Source: Eledone cirrhosa (taxonomy: Eukaryota). From it: a stretch of DNA of 64,000 nucleotides. The stretch's first letter is position 1. Each line of letters opens with the position of its first letter. The position numbers and the translations under genes are program-made. The notes beneath the pieces are model-generated. The model did not search any database and was not told the origin of the DNA. It saw nothing but the letters and a program-made list of their open reading frames with translations. The stretch covers positions 109,864,001-109,928,000 of the forward strand of contig OZ024742.1 in the NCBI GenBank assembly GCA_964016885.1, in the 5' to 3' direction. Shown here piece after piece: positions 60,951 through 64,000 of this stretch.

Positions 60951-62243
60951 TTTCGAATATTGTTTATCGTGAACTCGTGCGCCGATTTTTCGATACTCGA
61001 TCTTTCTAATATTTTTAGCTCTGGACATAGCTATCCACCAGTTAATTTTGTTGCTCATTTTTTGTCGATTCTATTGAGTGATGAATAGCTTTTGTTTTAT
61101 TTTAACATGTCTATTGAGCACTCTTATTCGATATGTGTATTTCCACATTTCCTCGAATAGTTTTCGCGGATGTAGAGGTTATCTCCCTTGTCGAATGCCA
61201 TGTGCGTTTTTCACTGGTGGTTAGCCCCTTATCCGCTAGGAAAAAAGCTCGTTGATGAAGTAAACTCCATTCCTCTTGCTCTAGTAGGCTTTTATATTTA
61301 TATGTGAGCTGATAGAGTACAGTCTAAGGATTTACAGAAACCCAAGAAGCTAGATTTAACACCTTTCTAGTGGGTCCGGGTATGATTTTACATTCATTTA
61401 AATTATTGATGTATTGTTTTATTGATATTTTTTATCTGTTTGTCCCGAATCTTCTATTATCGATTTTTTATCGTATGGTTGATTGTAGACTTGTTCTATG
61501 TGTGACGGTATTTTAACGATAGTTATAGCTCTGATTCAATTGAATTATTGAGCCCTCTGCCGCTCATTTCGAATATTGTTTATCGTGAACTCGTGCGCCG
61601 ATTTTTCGATACTCGATCTTTCTAATATTTTTAGCTCTGGACATAGCTATCCACCAGTTAATTTTGTTGCTCATTTTTTGTCGATTCTATTGAGTGATGA
61701 ATAGCTTTTGTTTTATTTTAACATGTCTATTGAGCACTCTTATTCGATATGTGTATTTCCACATTTCCTCGAATAGTTTTCGCGGATGTAGAGGTTATCT
61801 CCCTTGTCGAATGCCATGTGCGTTTTTCACTGGTGGTTAGCCCCTTATCCGCTAGGAAAAAAGCTCGTTGATGAAGTAAACTCCATTCCTCTTGCTCTAG
61901 TAGGCTTTTATATTTATATGTGAGCTGATAGAGTACAGTCTAAGGATTTACAGAAACCCAAGAAGCTAGATTTAACACCTTTCTAGTGGGTCCGGGTATG
62001 ATTTTACATTCATTTAAATTATTGATGTATTGTTTTATTGATATTTTTTATCTGTTTGTCCCGAATCTTCTATTATCGATTTTTTATCGTATGGTTGATT
62101 GTAGACTTGTTCTATGTGTGACGGTATTTTAACGATAGTTATAGCTCTGATTCAATTGAATTATTGAGCCCTCTGCCGCTCATTTCGAATATTGTTTATC
62201 GTGAACTCGTGCGCCGATTTTTCGATACTCGATCTTTCTAATA
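60951..62243 (+). repeat. 616-bp tandem array (~2.1 units); 3'-terminal ~200 bp also at 40305-40508
   Basis: Period 616 (60951/61567/62183); (TA)n flanks. Confidence 0.95.
61247..61381 (+). ncRNA. Candidate extended type I HHR (copy 61863-61997)
   Basis: GCTCG-TTGATGA-aGTAAAcTCC...GGATTTACa-GAAA-CCCA..CTAGA/TCTAG..TGGG-TC-CGGGT. Confidence 0.6.
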
Positions 62244-62703
62244 TATATATATATATATAAATCAGAGAATGTCTGACTGTCTGACTCCCTAAAACTCGAG
62301 AACCACCCAACCGATTGTTTTCAAACTTTACACATGTAATACTTATGGTCCTGTGAGTGTTTTGAGCAAAAGATATTTCAAATTTTCAATGCTCTGGAGA
62401 CCGCATTAGGCGATTTCTCTCTATAATTCTTAGTCTTTCTTTTTAGATAGACACATAGATATAACGTTGCGCCTTTATAATATCTGTCTGTATGTCTGGC
62501 TGTCTGCATTACGACATTATGACGCTATATGTGTGTGTGTGTATATATGTATATATAGTGTGTGTATATATATATAGTGTGTAACGTTTTTCGAAATATT
62601 TACTTCCGAGTTCACAGATTGATTTTTTTAGTTTCAGAAGATCCCGCTAAGGGTGAAAGCAGCGATTCTTTGCTTAAACTTTAATCTGTTATTTTAATAT
62701 ATA

Positions 62704-63620
62704 CTAGCAGAATGGCCCGGCGTTGCTCGGGATTCTAAACATAGATTGGCATGTGTATCTCTCCTTTCTGAACAGAGGAGTACGGAAAACCTCGGCCTCG
62801 GGATGGTGTCTACATTTTGTGCTTATAAAAAAAATTCGTCGTAGATTACCTAGGTTTTTTTCCGTGCGAAGAAAATCAATACTTTATCGCGTGTGTATAT
62901 ATATGTGATTTAATGATACAAATCTGCATATTATTATTGAAAAACACCCCCATCGATTTCAGTGAGCAATAATGTTTTTTCGTCGATATTTTCGTGTTAT
63001 TCTACAAAGGACTTTCTCCTAGAAAAGGGAGGGAGTGAGAGAGGACTCTCGGATTTTTCAATCCCCCCCTCCCCAGTTTTCTTTACCATTTCTTTCTCTC
63101 TCGTTTTTTAGTGTGCTACAAAGGACTTTTATCCCCGGTCAACGAAGTGGGGGTAAAGAAAAGTCCGGGAGGGGGCAGGTTCAATGCCCCCTCCTCCCTG
63201 TTTTCCGGGAAAAAGTCTTTTGCTGCATGTTCGGGGGTAAGATTGTTGGTAGCATACAAAAAAAAAACGGAAATATTGGTAAAGAAATCTCAGGATGGGG
63301 GGGGGGGTAAAAAGCTCGAAGGCTTATTCCTACTCCCATGTCAGGGGGGGGGGGGCATTTTCAGCATATTAGGGGGTAAGTTTAATTGATAACACACACA
63401 CACACACACAAAAAAAAAACAGGATAAAATTATTTCCCACTGAAATCGGTAGTGGTGGGAGTTCTATAAATTTACCCAAATCTTTTACTCTTTGCGGTTC
63501 AGTAATGCCTGTCTCTGAGATCTGCACCCTATACAGCTGCCTAGTTGGCCTTAATGATAGCGCAGCTCCGTACACACACGCACACTAACACAATCAGACA
63601 CAACAATTATTTGGTTTAAT
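62704..63620 (-). mobile_element. Helitron 3' end and body (5' end uncertain); a similar 3' end lies at 60785-60813
   Basis: A|CTAGCAGAATGGCCCGGCGTTGCTCGGG terminus. Confidence 0.55.
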
Positions 63621-63838
63621 TCATATCCACTGCTGCTAATATCCCATGCAGTTGTGTCTATTTGCCTGTATATTTTCCTCTTCTCTATTGTTATAGAAAT
63701 ATCTGTTTAATAAAACAACGAATTATGTACGGTAAATTCATTATGTAATCTATTTGTACATTTAGCTACGTTAGTTGCTTTTGTTTCAAAAAGTTAAGTA
63801 AATATTCTTGAAAGCTTTCATTATATATGCATGCGTGC

Positions 63839-63979
<141 letters not shown>

Positions 63980-64000
63980 ATTTAAGTTAGTTTGATTACC

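Overview
Gene-free, AT-rich metazoan repeat DNA; the SINE and Helitron content suggests a cephalopod such as Octopus, but that is inference. No host exon was recognised, and most ORFs in the track are microsatellite artefacts. The window is a nest of transposons in (TA)n tracts: one apparently intact Penelope-like element (PLE; RT + C-terminal GIY-YIG, 1147 aa), two broken PLEs, a Tx1/L1 LINE in (TATC)n, an RLE-endonuclease fragment, a gag remnant, a solo LTR, several Helitrons, tRNA-SINEs and minisatellites. The main signal is non-coding. I folded by eye about 30 type I hammerhead ribozyme (HHR) motifs in about 14 sequence families; none were computed. They occur as 430-616 bp tandem arrays (retrozyme/pLTR-like, one family with a conserved ATGCAAAT octamer) and as small fold-back palindromic inserts in (TA)n. 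About five families use a compensatory U3-A8 core (UUGANAA) that standard CUGANGA searches miss.
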